Part shown: positions 1 through 9,238 of the stretch, piece after piece
Numbering within the stretch: position 1 is the first letter of the stretch
Layout of the letters: each line of letters begins with the position of its first letter
Origin: a virus
Taxonomy: Duplodnaviria > Caudoviricetes
Strand: one strand, 5' to 3'
Length of the DNA: 64,000 bases
IMG/VR virus record: IMGVR_UViG_3300017716_001697
Location: 256,001-320,000 of that record
Translations under genes and position numbers: made by a program
Notes under the pieces: generated by a model
Told to the model about the DNA's origin: nothing
Databases searched by the model: none
What the model saw: only the letters and a program-made list of their open reading frames with translations

Positions 1-16
1 CGCTTTAGAGACTATC

Positions 17-508
17 ATGGCGATCATAGATATATACCACGAGCAGCATAGCGTACCCGATGGGTTAAAACTGTTTAAGCGATCGAAGAGCACTAGTGAG
101 CTTTTAAAGCTGGTCATACATTACCTATCGCAAGGTAGGGCGTTGCGCTGCTGGTGCTGCCAACGTGAAGTCAACGCTGTTATTACTATGCAGGCTAAGA
201 AAGATCCTGCTGTGTTTAATACATTTGCACATATGGATGGTTGTACAGTGGAAAGGTACAGTGTAGATCACATCATCCCTAAGGCCTTTGGTGGTGTTGA
301 CAGGATGGAGAACTACAGGCTTTCATGCATTAAGTGTAATCACACACGCGACATCAATATGTCTGATGCTGAGATCATGTTTCTTTCTAGTAATCAACAT
401 CTATGCAAAGACGGAAAAAAAGTATATAATAACGTAAGGCACAAGATTAGCCCGCATTACTTTAGCACAACGGTTCAGCACTATGATCAGTCACACTACA
501 CATATTAA
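17..508 (+). CDS. HNH endonuclease-domain protein
   Basis: SVDHIIPKAFGG..MENYRLSCIKCNH matches the HNH motif. Confidence 0.65.
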   Translation: MAIIDIYHEQHSVPDGLKLFKRSKSTSELLKLVIHYLSQGRALRCWCCQREVNAVITMQAKKDPAVFNTFAHMDGCTVERYSVDHIIPKAFGGVDRMENYRLSCIKCNHTRDINMSDAEIMFLSSNQHLCKDGKKVYNNVRHKISPHYFSTTVQHYDQSHYTY

Positions 509-516
509 GGATTAAC

Positions 517-822
517 ATGCGTACATCAACAATTTTGCGTGCAGTAAAGCGGCGTCTACCAAAGGATGCTGATACCCGTGGAACATCACCGTTTATCTGT
601 GATCAGGTGCGGGAGGTTTGTGAGGATATGGGTAAGCGACTCACAGGTGTGCGCATCAGGAACATGATCAGCAAACGGATCAATGGGCGGTTTGATATTG
701 AAGCCTGGCTCATCCACGAAGCAGGAGTTCATCCTGCTGCTATTGATGATATCAATATTCAAGAGTATCGCCAACGCTGGCTGGACTCAATGATTGTTGA
801 ATTTACGGCTAAGGGAGATTGA
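517..822 (+). CDS. hypothetical protein (WLDSMI family, copy 1)
   Basis: ORF with SD; shares R..WLDSMI.E C-terminus with next ORF. Confidence 0.6.
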   Translation: MRTSTILRAVKRRLPKDADTRGTSPFICDQVREVCEDMGKRLTGVRIRNMISKRINGRFDIEAWLIHEAGVHPAAIDDINIQEYRQRWLDSMIVEFTAKGD

Positions 823-823
823 C

Positions 824-1156
824 ATGAAGGTTACACGCAAAGATATAGCGCGAGCATTCACAGATGCGAAGAAGTATCTCTCTGATACACACATTGACAG
901 CCATGGCCAGTTTGAATACATCTGCTGGGCATTGAATCACACTACTTGCAATCACTTTGTGATAAGGGAGTGCCGCAAGATCATTAATGCTCGCCTCGAG
1001 CGCCACACAACATTCAGGGACTGGATGGAAGCTGAGTATCCAGAATTGCGTGATGCAATTGATGCAGACTACCGCTACAACAAGGGCCGCAAGATGCAGA
1101 AGGCTCGCAGTGCTTGGTTGGACTCGATGATTAAAGAGCACAGCAAAAAGGTGTAG
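824..1156 (+). CDS. hypothetical protein (WLDSMI family, copy 2)
   Basis: SD aaggga before ATG 824; C-terminal RSAWLDSMIKE. Confidence 0.6.
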   Translation: MKVTRKDIARAFTDAKKYLSDTHIDSHGQFEYICWALNHTTCNHFVIRECRKIINARLERHTTFRDWMEAEYPELRDAIDADYRYNKGRKMQKARSAWLDSMIKEHSKKV

Positions 1157-1208
1157 ACCTGGAATCACTATTGCGCTATAATACATATATCGCAACAAGG
1201 AGTACATC

Positions 1209-1379
1209 ATGGCAAGTAAGGAACAGTTCTGTACAGACGTAGGCAAGCGTGCTGAAATCTACGGCGTGGAAGATGGCAGCGACCTGTGTTTCAATCTCAT
1301 CGAGATGGGTGTTATCGTTCCGACTGACGGCATTGAAGAAGCTGCTCGCATTGTTGCACAGCACGTTCTGCAAGCATAA
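1209..1379 (+). CDS. hypothetical protein (56 aa, below ORF-track cutoff)
   Basis: read manually; promoter+leader+SD directly upstream. Confidence 0.65.
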   Translation: MASKEQFCTDVGKRAEIYGVEDGSDLCFNLIEMGVIVPTDGIEEAARIVAQHVLQA

Positions 1380-1388
1380 GGAGTCATC

Positions 1389-1610
1389 ATGAGCCGCAAG
1401 TACACAAACAAACTGTTGGAAATGGTTGACGAAGGATCCTATGATCCTAAGGAGATCATGACTATGGCTCTCAACGCTTTAAGCGAAGACGATGTCGAAG
1501 AGATGTGTCGTGCAAACGATCTTGTTGATGGAATGGGGCTCGACGATGAAGATGATGATGGTCAACCCGATGAAGCTCAGGAATGGCATGACTTTGATCC
1601 CGACTGTTAA
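1389..1610 (+). CDS. acidic hypothetical protein
   Basis: SD aggag; D/E-rich tail. Confidence 0.65.
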   Translation: MSRKYTNKLLEMVDEGSYDPKEIMTMALNALSEDDVEEMCRANDLVDGMGLDDEDDDGQPDEAQEWHDFDPDC

Positions 1611-1615
1611 ATAAT

Positions 1616-1806
1616 GCTCGCTATCACGTTAATGATAGTTTGAGCTTAGTAGGGTCTAGTTCAGGTGTTGACGTTAGGTTCTGTATCTGACACGTTGATG
1701 CTGAGGTGGTTGGCCCTACCGGACACGCATGTTAAATCACCCCACTCCTAACTAGATTGCGGCTAGTAATACAGATGACATGCAATGCTGATAGGCAAGC
1801 TATCAT
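1616..1806. ncRNA. candidate structured RNA with pseudoknots
   Basis: ORF-free; helices 1649-56/1712-19, 1673-78/1747-52, 1680-86/1769-75, 1727-32/1778-83, plus flanking hairpins. Confidence 0.5.
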
Positions 1807-1875
1807 AAATTTCTATTAATGGTTGCTCAATGATAGCTATGTGTTATAATACATACATCGCAACAAGGAGTACAT

Positions 1876-2067
1876 ATGCAAGTTCCACAAGTAGGTGACA
1901 AGTGCTGTGCAGACCCAGAGTTTGATGGCACATTCCTATACGGTGTGATCACTAAGATCGTAGACGGACTTGCGTGGTCTAACTTGCAGAAGGGTTTCTT
2001 CGGGGAGTTCTGTGGCGACATTCCTACACACAAACGTGATGGTGTGTGGGTTTATGATTCCTTCTAA
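1876..2067 (+). CDS. hypothetical protein
   Basis: promoter cassette with SD. Confidence 0.6.
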   Translation: MQVPQVGDKCCADPEFDGTFLYGVITKIVDGLAWSNLQKGFFGEFCGDIPTHKRDGVWVYDSF

Positions 2068-2312
2068 GGTGCATATGAACAACGAAGCAGTAGCAAAGAT
2101 CGTTAAGGGTATCAATCAATGGATGGCCCATGTGCGAGCTGCTGGTGACATCGCTGACATTGAGGATGCCCTCGGCGAGTACAGCGACACGATGCAACGT
2201 GCCGGTGTCACACGTAACGAGGTGTATGCGGCGTTTCGGAAACAATTTGAATAATGAGTTGACTTGGTGCCATCCTAGTGTTATAATAAACACATAGCAA
2301 CAAAGGATCATC

Positions 2313-2771
2313 ATGAAGTACTCCAAGCACATACACGTATTGCAACTGTTGTCGACAATTCCGCCTAACCCGGTTCGTGCGTATGTGAACAAACACAACC
2401 AGCCGTACCCAGCAGAATGGCTTCAACAATGCAATGATGCGTGGGATCACTTGTTCACGTACATCCATGCGAACTGGGCACGTCCTGACACAGCGATGGC
2501 TGACGGTGACATAGTCTGTAGCTACCCCACAATTACTTCTGTTCAGGGCAAGGTCGACGTGTTTGATTGTCGAGTTATGCTTGCAATGGGGCGAGACGAT
2601 CTCGAGGCTAAACTAGCGTCATTGCCTCCCTACTTCAGCGAGACGATCTTTCCGGTAGCGGTTGCTCGCTATATGCTAGGTGGCATTCATCTGAACCTTC
2701 CGATTCAGCACCGCGAGCTTACAACCTTCCACGAGTTTCACAATCGTTACGGGCGCATCATCTTGTCGTAA
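2313..2771 (+). CDS. hypothetical protein
   Basis: promoter cassette with SD. Confidence 0.65.
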   Translation: MKYSKHIHVLQLLSTIPPNPVRAYVNKHNQPYPAEWLQQCNDAWDHLFTYIHANWARPDTAMADGDIVCSYPTITSVQGKVDVFDCRVMLAMGRDDLEAKLASLPPYFSETIFPVAVARYMLGGIHLNLPIQHRELTTFHEFHNRYGRIILS

Positions 2772-2808
2772 TAATTTGTGCTATAATAAGCACAACAAGG
2801 AGCAATGC

Positions 2809-3243
2809 ATGCGTACAGTAAACGGTAATTGGAGTGCAGTGGTTAAAGAACTGCGCAGGATCGTTGTAAAGCACACTCAGTTCGAGATGCAAGAGCATGC
2901 TCACGCTTTCAGTGATGTGATGTTTACTACAGACACATTCCACCCATTTGACTGTGAAGGTGAGCGTTTGATGGAGCGTGTACTGCGTGGTATGCCAGTG
3001 CGCTGCGACTATCGCAACTGTGAGTCACTTGCTACGTGGAAGGACTTCAAGGAACAGCTCATTGATGCAGTGTACATATGGTGTGTAGAGACAGAGTATC
3101 TCATTACTGATCACTACAACGATTCGTGGAACTTCGCACCCGGTTATGTGCGCCCAGCATCCATTAAGCATGATGATTGGTTGTGGGTAGCTAACAAGGT
3201 ATTCGCTCGTGTACATCGGGCAGCATTGAAAGGTATGAAATGA
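2809..3243 (+). CDS. hypothetical protein
   Basis: promoter cassette; start moved to the ATG after SD aaggag. Confidence 0.6.
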   Translation: MRTVNGNWSAVVKELRRIVVKHTQFEMQEHAHAFSDVMFTTDTFHPFDCEGERLMERVLRGMPVRCDYRNCESLATWKDFKEQLIDAVYIWCVETEYLITDHYNDSWNFAPGYVRPASIKHDDWLWVANKVFARVHRAALKGMK

Positions 3244-3422
3244 ACAAGTATATGTGTTTCTACAACGGCAAGACTTGGGAAGTTACTGCCGACTCACTGT
3301 ATGCTGCAAAGCTGGCAGCAATTAAGATCATTTGTGCACCTCGCAAGAAAGAGCACATGATCTCAGTGGTCCTATACGAGAAGGAAGGCACGCCAGTAGT
3401 AGTTTCAACAGCATCACTTTAA
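3240..3422 (+). CDS. hypothetical protein
   Basis: ATGA overlap with previous ORF. Confidence 0.6.
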   Translation: MNKYMCFYNGKTWEVTADSLYAAKLAAIKIICAPRKKEHMISVVLYEKEGTPVVVSTASL

Positions 3423-3479
3423 TTGTTGACTTGGCTTCAGTTCTGCCATATAATACATACAAGTAACAAGGAGTAGCAG

Positions 3480-3803
3480 ATGACACAAGTAATTTTGCAC
3501 ATGTTGAAGCCAGAACTGATGATTAACATGTACACAGGCGGCATGGATAATCAGCTCGAGCAAGCCCGCAAGATGATTGCTGAAGGTGGCTACGAGGCAG
3601 TTGTTGTAGACGGCATCGGGGAAGGCAAAACACACACAGTGGAAATTATTGCCGACGAGATGTTCGATCTCACTAACAATCCAAATCGGCAGGATGAGCG
3701 CGAAGAAGCTTACGGACGTGGTCGGTCTCTTAGCGTAGGGGACATTGTTGAAGCCAACGGCGCGAAACTGTTGTGCTGCTCCTTTGGTTGGAAGGCGGTC
3801 TAG
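3480..3803 (+). CDS. hypothetical protein
   Basis: promoter cassette with SD. Confidence 0.65.
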   Translation: MTQVILHMLKPELMINMYTGGMDNQLEQARKMIAEGGYEAVVVDGIGEGKTHTVEIIADEMFDLTNNPNRQDEREEAYGRGRSLSVGDIVEANGAKLLCCSFGWKAV

Positions 3804-3804
3804 T

Positions 3805-4146
3805 ATGCAAGTCACTACATCCACTATCACACGTATTGCAGACGCAGACATCCCCGCAGGGCGTTGCCGTTGCCCGGTTTGTGATGGTACGATGGAAGTA
3901 GGTGCTAATGAGTACCAGAAGAAGTACAAGAATGTGATTGCAGGCTACAACCTCGCTAACGATACTGTGCGATGCAACAATTGTGGAGGCCAATACATGT
4001 TTGGCTCGCCTAAGGGGCATGTTAAGCCTAATGCTGCAGGAGATGGCTGCTGGCACGACTATGCTGGCACAAACGCAGGGCGCTGCCGCACTGACTACAA
4101 GTGTACGCATTGTGGCGACACATATCAGATCGATTCTGGCGATTAA
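3805..4146 (+). CDS. Cys-rich zinc-ribbon-like protein
   Basis: CPVC, CNNC, CWH, C..YKCTHC motifs. Confidence 0.55.
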   Translation: MQVTTSTITRIADADIPAGRCRCPVCDGTMEVGANEYQKKYKNVIAGYNLANDTVRCNNCGGQYMFGSPKGHVKPNAAGDGCWHDYAGTNAGRCRTDYKCTHCGDTYQIDSGD

Positions 4147-4204
4147 AGGTAGACAAGGAACCTTTTCCTTGTTATAATCAATACATCGCAACAAGGAGTA
4201 CATT

Positions 4205-4585
4205 ATGGAACTACAGTTTAACCCTAACGCTATCGCAAGCAAAGCAATTGAGAATCATTTCAATGCTTGTATATCCTCAGGCATTGACGTATGCATTACG
4301 GCAGCAGATGACAACAGTGTCACACTTGCACCATGGCGGTTCGGCAATCCACTGCCAAAGGAGTTCACACTCCGGCAGCGCGTAGCAGGCATGGGTGCAT
4401 GTGTTGGTGGATACCTGAAGATTGAGCACACAGTGAAACACGACTTGAAAGGCAAGAAGTGCTTTATCACGCTCGGTGGCACTATGAAGCAACCCACAAT
4501 CAAGATACGGTTGGATAGTGCTGCGAACCGTGGACCTAGTAAGGATGTTGCGTTGATTAGTTTCGACCCAAAGTACACCCCTTAA
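4205..4585 (+). CDS. hypothetical protein
   Basis: promoter cassette with SD. Confidence 0.65.
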   Translation: MELQFNPNAIASKAIENHFNACISSGIDVCITAADDNSVTLAPWRFGNPLPKEFTLRQRVAGMGACVGGYLKIEHTVKHDLKGKKCFITLGGTMKQPTIKIRLDSAANRGPSKDVALISFDPKYTP

Positions 4586-4646
4586 TAAAGGTTGGCAGGG
4601 AGGTAACTCCCTGTTATAATAAACACTTAGCAACAAGGAACACATC

Positions 4647-4877
4647 ATGACAACACCCACAGTTGATCAAATTGCCGACGCAGCAGAGCAGGCATGCTTC
4701 TACGTCACTCCTGCTGGGCTATGGCTCCGCATGGACTTCTGCGATATGGATGCAGGTTGCTTCCAAGCACACGACGAAGACTCCGGCGAGGAGTATCGCT
4801 TCGAGTTCGAAGAAATCAAGCTCGAGGGCAAGGAAGAGTTTCACAAACTCGTAAAAATGGAGGTACCTGCTGCTTAA
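4647..4877 (+). CDS. hypothetical protein
   Basis: promoter cassette with SD. Confidence 0.65.
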   Translation: MTTPTVDQIADAAEQACFYVTPAGLWLRMDFCDMDAGCFQAHDEDSGEEYRFEFEEIKLEGKEEFHKLVKMEVPAA

Positions 4878-4915
4878 CTGTGTTATAATAAACACTTAGC
4901 AACAAGGAGTAGGTT

Positions 4916-5224
4916 ATGACTGTAGTGGAAAAGGATTGGCACGGTAACTGGCGTGCTGAAGATCGCATTGCACTCGCCGATGGTCGCACTGCAGAAGTTG
5001 TTACACACAAGGTGTATAGCGGCTGTGTAGTCACATCTGTGCAAGTGGGCAAGCGTAGTGGGCCTGTGTTTGAGTTTACGAATGTAGACTTTCGCACTAA
5101 CCTGAAGAACACAGTGCCTAGTCGTGCAACGTCTAAGTATGTTGCAGCTCAGCATCAAGAGGTGTTGCAGGGCATCGGCCAACTGAAGCTGCAGATTGCT
5201 GCATACTACCTGACACACGCCTAA
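4916..5224 (+). CDS. hypothetical protein
   Basis: promoter cassette with SD. Confidence 0.65.
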   Translation: MTVVEKDWHGNWRAEDRIALADGRTAEVVTHKVYSGCVVTSVQVGKRSGPVFEFTNVDFRTNLKNTVPSRATSKYVAAQHQEVLQGIGQLKLQIAAYYLTHA

Positions 5225-5225
5225 C

Positions 5226-5423
5226 ATGTTACTAACAGGGATACAACTCAAGGATGTCATTGTGCTGGAAGAGCATCATGCTGTCCTCACAGAGTCTGGC
5301 TGGGTTATCCCCGAGTGGTTGGTTTACCTCCGAGAAGAAGTAACCAAGCGTGATCTCGGTCCTGCTTTACTTGATCGATTTGTTCATATAGACCAAATAA
5401 CAGTAGACCAAAAGACTGTTTGA
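5226..5423 (+). CDS. hypothetical protein
   Basis: coupled to upstream ORF. Confidence 0.5.
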   Translation: MLLTGIQLKDVIVLEEHHAVLTESGWVIPEWLVYLREEVTKRDLGPALLDRFVHIDQITVDQKTV

Positions 5424-5465
5424 CCTTATAATACATACATCGCAACACACTAAGGAAGTTTACAG

Positions 5466-6605
5466 ATGTCCCATATCCAAGTCAGCATTACAAAAGGCGT
5501 TTATCGTGGCAAAGTTATCAGCGGCGTGTATCCGTTGGTTAAGGGATTTGTTGATGGTGCCCGTGGCGGCTTTGTTACAATCAAGAACATCAATCACGAC
5601 GCAGGCACTCCAATGGTGCAACGTGTGCAAGTTGAAGCAGACGCATTCAAGCTGCTGGATGCCACAGGTGCAGACTTGCCAGCGCACATCGTTGTGCCGG
5701 GCGCAGTTGCAGCAGTAGATGCTCCAGAGACGGACTTCGAAGCAGTGTTCATGGAGTCTGAAACAGAAGACGAAGCTATGGAGCGTATTGCTTCTACGTT
5801 CGACATGCTGGATAAGATCACGGATGCGGCATCCAGCGGCATTGTGCGTGGACTCGTTGTTAGCGGCCCACCCGGCATTGGCAAAAGCTTTGGAGTTGAA
5901 AAGCAACTCGCAGCAGCTAACATGTTCCGCACGCTGGAAGGCAAGGATCCACTGTTCGAAGTTGTAAGCGGCGGCGTTAGCAGCATCGGGCTGTATCAGA
6001 AGCTGTACCACAACCGCTCTGCAAAGCAGGTGCTGGTGTTCGATGACTGCGACGGCGTGTTGTTTGAAGAAGAATGCCTTAACTTGCTGAAAGCTGCATT
6101 GAACAGCGGAGACAAGCGTCGCATTTGCTGGAACAAGGAATCGCGTGTATTGGCTGTCGAAGACATCCCTGAAGCGTTCGACTTCGAAGGCAGCATCTTG
6201 TTCTTGTCCAACATTGACTTTGATCGCAGCATTGCTAAGGGCTCGCGTATCGCTGCACACTTGTCAGCTATCATGTCACGCTGCCATTACTTGGACTTGG
6301 AGATTGGTAGCCTGCGTGACAAGCTGTTGCGTATCAAGCAGATCGTGCGCGATGGTATGTTGACACAGTTCGACTTCAGTGCACAGCAGGAAGCAGACAT
6401 TGTGGCTTTTACTACAGACAATGCAGAGTATCTGCGGGAAGTGTCACTGCGTATGGTTAAGAAGATCGCAGACTTCATGAAAGCGGACCCTGTGGGCTGG
6501 TATGAAATGGCGGAAGCTACGTGTTTGACTAAGGAAGCTAAGTTCAAGCGTCTGTTGCAACGTAAGCAGCAGGAAGCCGAGCGTCGCGGGATTGCACTAG
6601 CATAA
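5466..6605 (+). CDS. AAA+ family ATPase (phage type)
   Basis: Walker A GPPGIGKS, Walker B VLVFDDCD, sensor-like FLSN. Confidence 0.8.
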   Translation: MSHIQVSITKGVYRGKVISGVYPLVKGFVDGARGGFVTIKNINHDAGTPMVQRVQVEADAFKLLDATGADLPAHIVVPGAVAAVDAPETDFEAVFMESETEDEAMERIASTFDMLDKITDAASSGIVRGLVVSGPPGIGKSFGVEKQLAAANMFRTLEGKDPLFEVVSGGVSSIGLYQKLYHNRSAKQVLVFDDCDGVLFEEECLNLLKAALNSGDKRRICWNKESRVLAVEDIPEAFDFEGSILFLSNIDFDRSIAKGSRIAAHLSAIMSRCHYLDLEIGSLRDKLLRIKQIVRDGMLTQFDFSAQQEADIVAFTTDNAEYLREVSLRMVKKIADFMKADPVGWYEMAEATCLTKEAKFKRLLQRKQQEAERRGIALA

Positions 6606-6620
6606 CGCATGCATGTACTA

Positions 6621-6650
6621 AATAATAGGCCCTTCGGGGCCTATTATTTT
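6621..6650 (+). terminator. Rho-independent terminator
   Basis: aataataggccc-ttcg-gggcctattatt + T tract. Confidence 0.8.
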
Positions 6651-6711
6651 GATTGACACGGTAGATTGACAGTGTTATAATCTAAATGTTAGTAACAAAC
6701 CAGGAGTAATC

Positions 6712-8082
6712 ATGAAAGTTAGTCTTTTATCGGTAGTCCTTGTAGCATCTAGTATGCTACTTGGATGTGGTGGCGCTATGGAAGCCACTATCGTTGCAGC
6801 ACCGGAAGCTGTGACTCTTGCAGAAGCAGAAGAAGTGGGCGCGGAGCCATTTGGTAGTGTTGAAAGTACAGTGCTCTATATGACGCCTGCACAAGTTCGC
6901 ACACGATATGGATTCGACAGTTTGCCCAATACACCCGCTGCACAAGGCAGTGGCCAGCTGATTGCAATCATCAGCGCCTACAATAACCCGGACTTGGCTG
7001 CAAATTTGCAGGCATTCTCGGCCAAATACAACCTACCACAATGCACCACAGTGCCTACAGTATATACCCAGTTGCCTACAGGCTACACGGGGACGACTGT
7101 ATCGCATCCACCTACAGGCCGCGGGTGTACATTGCAAGTCATTAACGTGGATAGTTTTGGTCGGGTGACTAAGATGGTTCCACAAGGTGGGCCGGCAACA
7201 GCACCATGGATGATGGAATCCACTATGGACATTGAGTGGGCGCACGCAATTGCACCACAAGCAAGCATATTGGTAATTCAAGCACCCAGCATCTTTGTTG
7301 GTGCACTCGGTAATGCGGCAAAGTATGCAAGTAGCGTGGGAGCCGACGTTGTTTCAATGTCGTGGGGTGTCAATGAGACTTCACAACAATGTACACGCAA
7401 GCCCGGACAACCTACTGTGAAGTATGTTTCTACATGCGACGATGCGGCAACAGCAGCAAAATATTGGCAAACCGTGGACACTATGTTCGCTGGTTCGGCA
7501 ACATTTGTAGCGGCATCCGGCGACCGTGCAGTTCTACAGTGGCCATCCATTAGCCCTAAGGTAATGGCAGTCGGCGGCACGAATGCATATGGTCCAGCTG
7601 GCAAAGACACTGCATGGCCATTGTCAGGAGGCGGAGTTTCTAAATCGTTTCCTGCACCTAGTTGGCAAGCAAACCACATGAAGGCTGCAAACAGGAATGT
7701 ACCAGACGTATCACTTGTTGCTGGAACACCGGTGGCAGTCTACATCAAGCCAAATGCTAAGACTGGATTTGACGACTCAACTTGCGTAGCAGCGAAGGGT
7801 GAAAGTGGCTGTGGATGGTATGGTGGTGGTGGTACTAGTGCAGCGGCACCTATGTGGGCAGGCATTGTGGCAATCACTAATGCTATGCGTATTGCGGGCA
7901 GCATGAAGAGTACAGAGTTCGTTTCATCGTTATACACCAACGTCGCTAGTGTGCGCGGCACCTATGCATCTTCATTAGATGATGTTATAGTTGGAGCACA
8001 TGCTAATGAAGGATATGACATTTCGACAGGATTGGGTGTACCTAATGCCAACAACCTAATCAACTACATGGCATCACGATAG
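6712..8082 (+). CDS. S53 (sedolisin/kumamolisin-like) serine peptidase, probable lipoprotein
   Basis: signal peptide with LLGC lipobox; ESTMDIEWAHAIAP, ASGD and GGTSAAAP motifs. Confidence 0.8.
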   Translation: MKVSLLSVVLVASSMLLGCGGAMEATIVAAPEAVTLAEAEEVGAEPFGSVESTVLYMTPAQVRTRYGFDSLPNTPAAQGSGQLIAIISAYNNPDLAANLQAFSAKYNLPQCTTVPTVYTQLPTGYTGTTVSHPPTGRGCTLQVINVDSFGRVTKMVPQGGPATAPWMMESTMDIEWAHAIAPQASILVIQAPSIFVGALGNAAKYASSVGADVVSMSWGVNETSQQCTRKPGQPTVKYVSTCDDAATAAKYWQTVDTMFAGSATFVAASGDRAVLQWPSISPKVMAVGGTNAYGPAGKDTAWPLSGGGVSKSFPAPSWQANHMKAANRNVPDVSLVAGTPVAVYIKPNAKTGFDDSTCVAAKGESGCGWYGGGGTSAAAPMWAGIVAITNAMRIAGSMKSTEFVSSLYTNVASVRGTYASSLDDVIVGAHANEGYDISTGLGVPNANNLINYMASR

Positions 8083-8103
8083 TCTAAGCAACTATCTAAC
8101 AAG

Positions 8104-8126
8104 GGCGGTCTTCGGACCGCTTTTTC
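8104..8126 (+). terminator. Rho-independent terminator
   Basis: ggcggtc-ttcg-gaccgct + T run. Confidence 0.8.
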
Positions 8127-8185
8127 TTGACTATTCGTTGCGAGGCTGCTATAATGAATGCATAACTTAAACAGGAGACACATTT

Positions 8186-8431
8186 ATGTCATTCACAACC
8201 CTTACCTCTACCCAAAAGTCCTTCGTCGAGCAACATCTGCGAGGCACAGGTCGGGCATTGTCCGAAGCTCAAGCCCGCGAAACCTACGGCATCATGAATC
8301 TACGTGCTGTCGTTAGTTCAATGCGTGACTCGGGCTTAGTAGTACGCAAGCAAAAAAACACAGCTGGCCGTACTGCATATGCTATTAGCCGTAGAGACGT
8401 TGCAGGTGTTCAAAGCAAGATCTTTGCTTAA
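8186..8431 (+). CDS. small winged-helix/HTH-like DNA-binding protein
   Basis: LSEAQARETYGIMNLRAVVSSMRDSG pattern typical of small phage wHTH proteins. Confidence 0.55.
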   Translation: MSFTTLTSTQKSFVEQHLRGTGRALSEAQARETYGIMNLRAVVSSMRDSGLVVRKQKNTAGRTAYAISRRDVAGVQSKIFA

Positions 8432-8448
8432 CATCCAAAACGGGTAAT

Positions 8449-8477
8449 AAGAAGCCACCTTAGGGTGGTTTTCTTTT
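8449..8477 (+). terminator. Rho-independent terminator
   Basis: aagaagccacc-ttag-ggtggttttctt. Confidence 0.75.
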
Positions 8478-8611
8478 GGCTAAAATATCTGCAGAAATCT
8501 GTAGACAAGCAACTCTTCCTGCGTTATAATCAATACATGGACAGCAAGCAGTAACAAACAAGCAAGCTGCACATAAGTTAGTTTACTTTATTATCAACTT
8601 AGGAGTCTATT

Positions 8612-9061
8612 ATGACACAAGGTATCCGTGCTTTCACTATCGCTACTTTCAACGCAACCCTGCCACGTTTGGCTGAACTGGGCAACATCGCATTCCGTCG
8701 GGAAGTGATGGACCAGGCGATCATGGGTTTTGGTATCAGCGTTGCATCCGCTGCAACCCATTACAACCACGCACTGAAGACCGTGCGTGAAGCAAGCCCA
8801 GAAGCTGTGAAGGGCCTGGGTCGCCCCGAAGACAAGAAGGGCGGACGCAAGCCCATCCACTTGGTTGACGTGGTGAAGGCCAAGTCCGGCGATGTGGTTG
8901 CAACTGGTCTGAGCAAGGCTGCTGCTGAAGCAATGATTGCTGAAGCTGCTGCCAAGGGCAAGGTCAAGCTGGCTATCAAGGTAGTGGTTGACATGCCAGT
9001 CGCAGCTACCACTGAAGTGGCTACCACTGAAGCTGCACCTGCAGAAGCTGTTACTGCGTAA
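8612..9061 (+). CDS. Ala/Lys-rich hypothetical protein, paralogue of 15795-16217
   Basis: shares ASAATHYNHA and GLGR.EDKKGGRKP with the minus-strand copy. Confidence 0.75.
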   Translation: MTQGIRAFTIATFNATLPRLAELGNIAFRREVMDQAIMGFGISVASAATHYNHALKTVREASPEAVKGLGRPEDKKGGRKPIHLVDVVKAKSGDVVATGLSKAAAEAMIAEAAAKGKVKLAIKVVVDMPVAATTEVATTEAAPAEAVTA

Positions 9062-9096
9062 GCCGTAGCGGTAAGTACAAACAAGGCTCCCAAGCC

Positions 9097-9232
9097 TTGT
9101 TTGGGAATTGTGCCTGTATACTGAAGTCGGTCGTGAACAGCCACTAGGAAGAGTGTATCGTAGCAGATACGCGAAGAAGACTAGGCGGACTGTCGGAGAA
9201 GGCAAGCAGATGGCAGCGCAATTCCCAAACAA
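9097..9232 (+). ncRNA. candidate rod-shaped ncRNA
   Basis: 17-bp closing stem 9097-9113/9216-9232 with nested stems and purine-rich internal loops. Confidence 0.55.
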
Positions 9233-9238
9233 AGTTTA

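Noticed and set aside
9181-9215. SRP (4.5S) RNA domain IV resemblance (ggagaaggcaagcag)
   Set aside because: The conserved CAGG...GGAA...AGCAG symmetric-loop geometry cannot be built.
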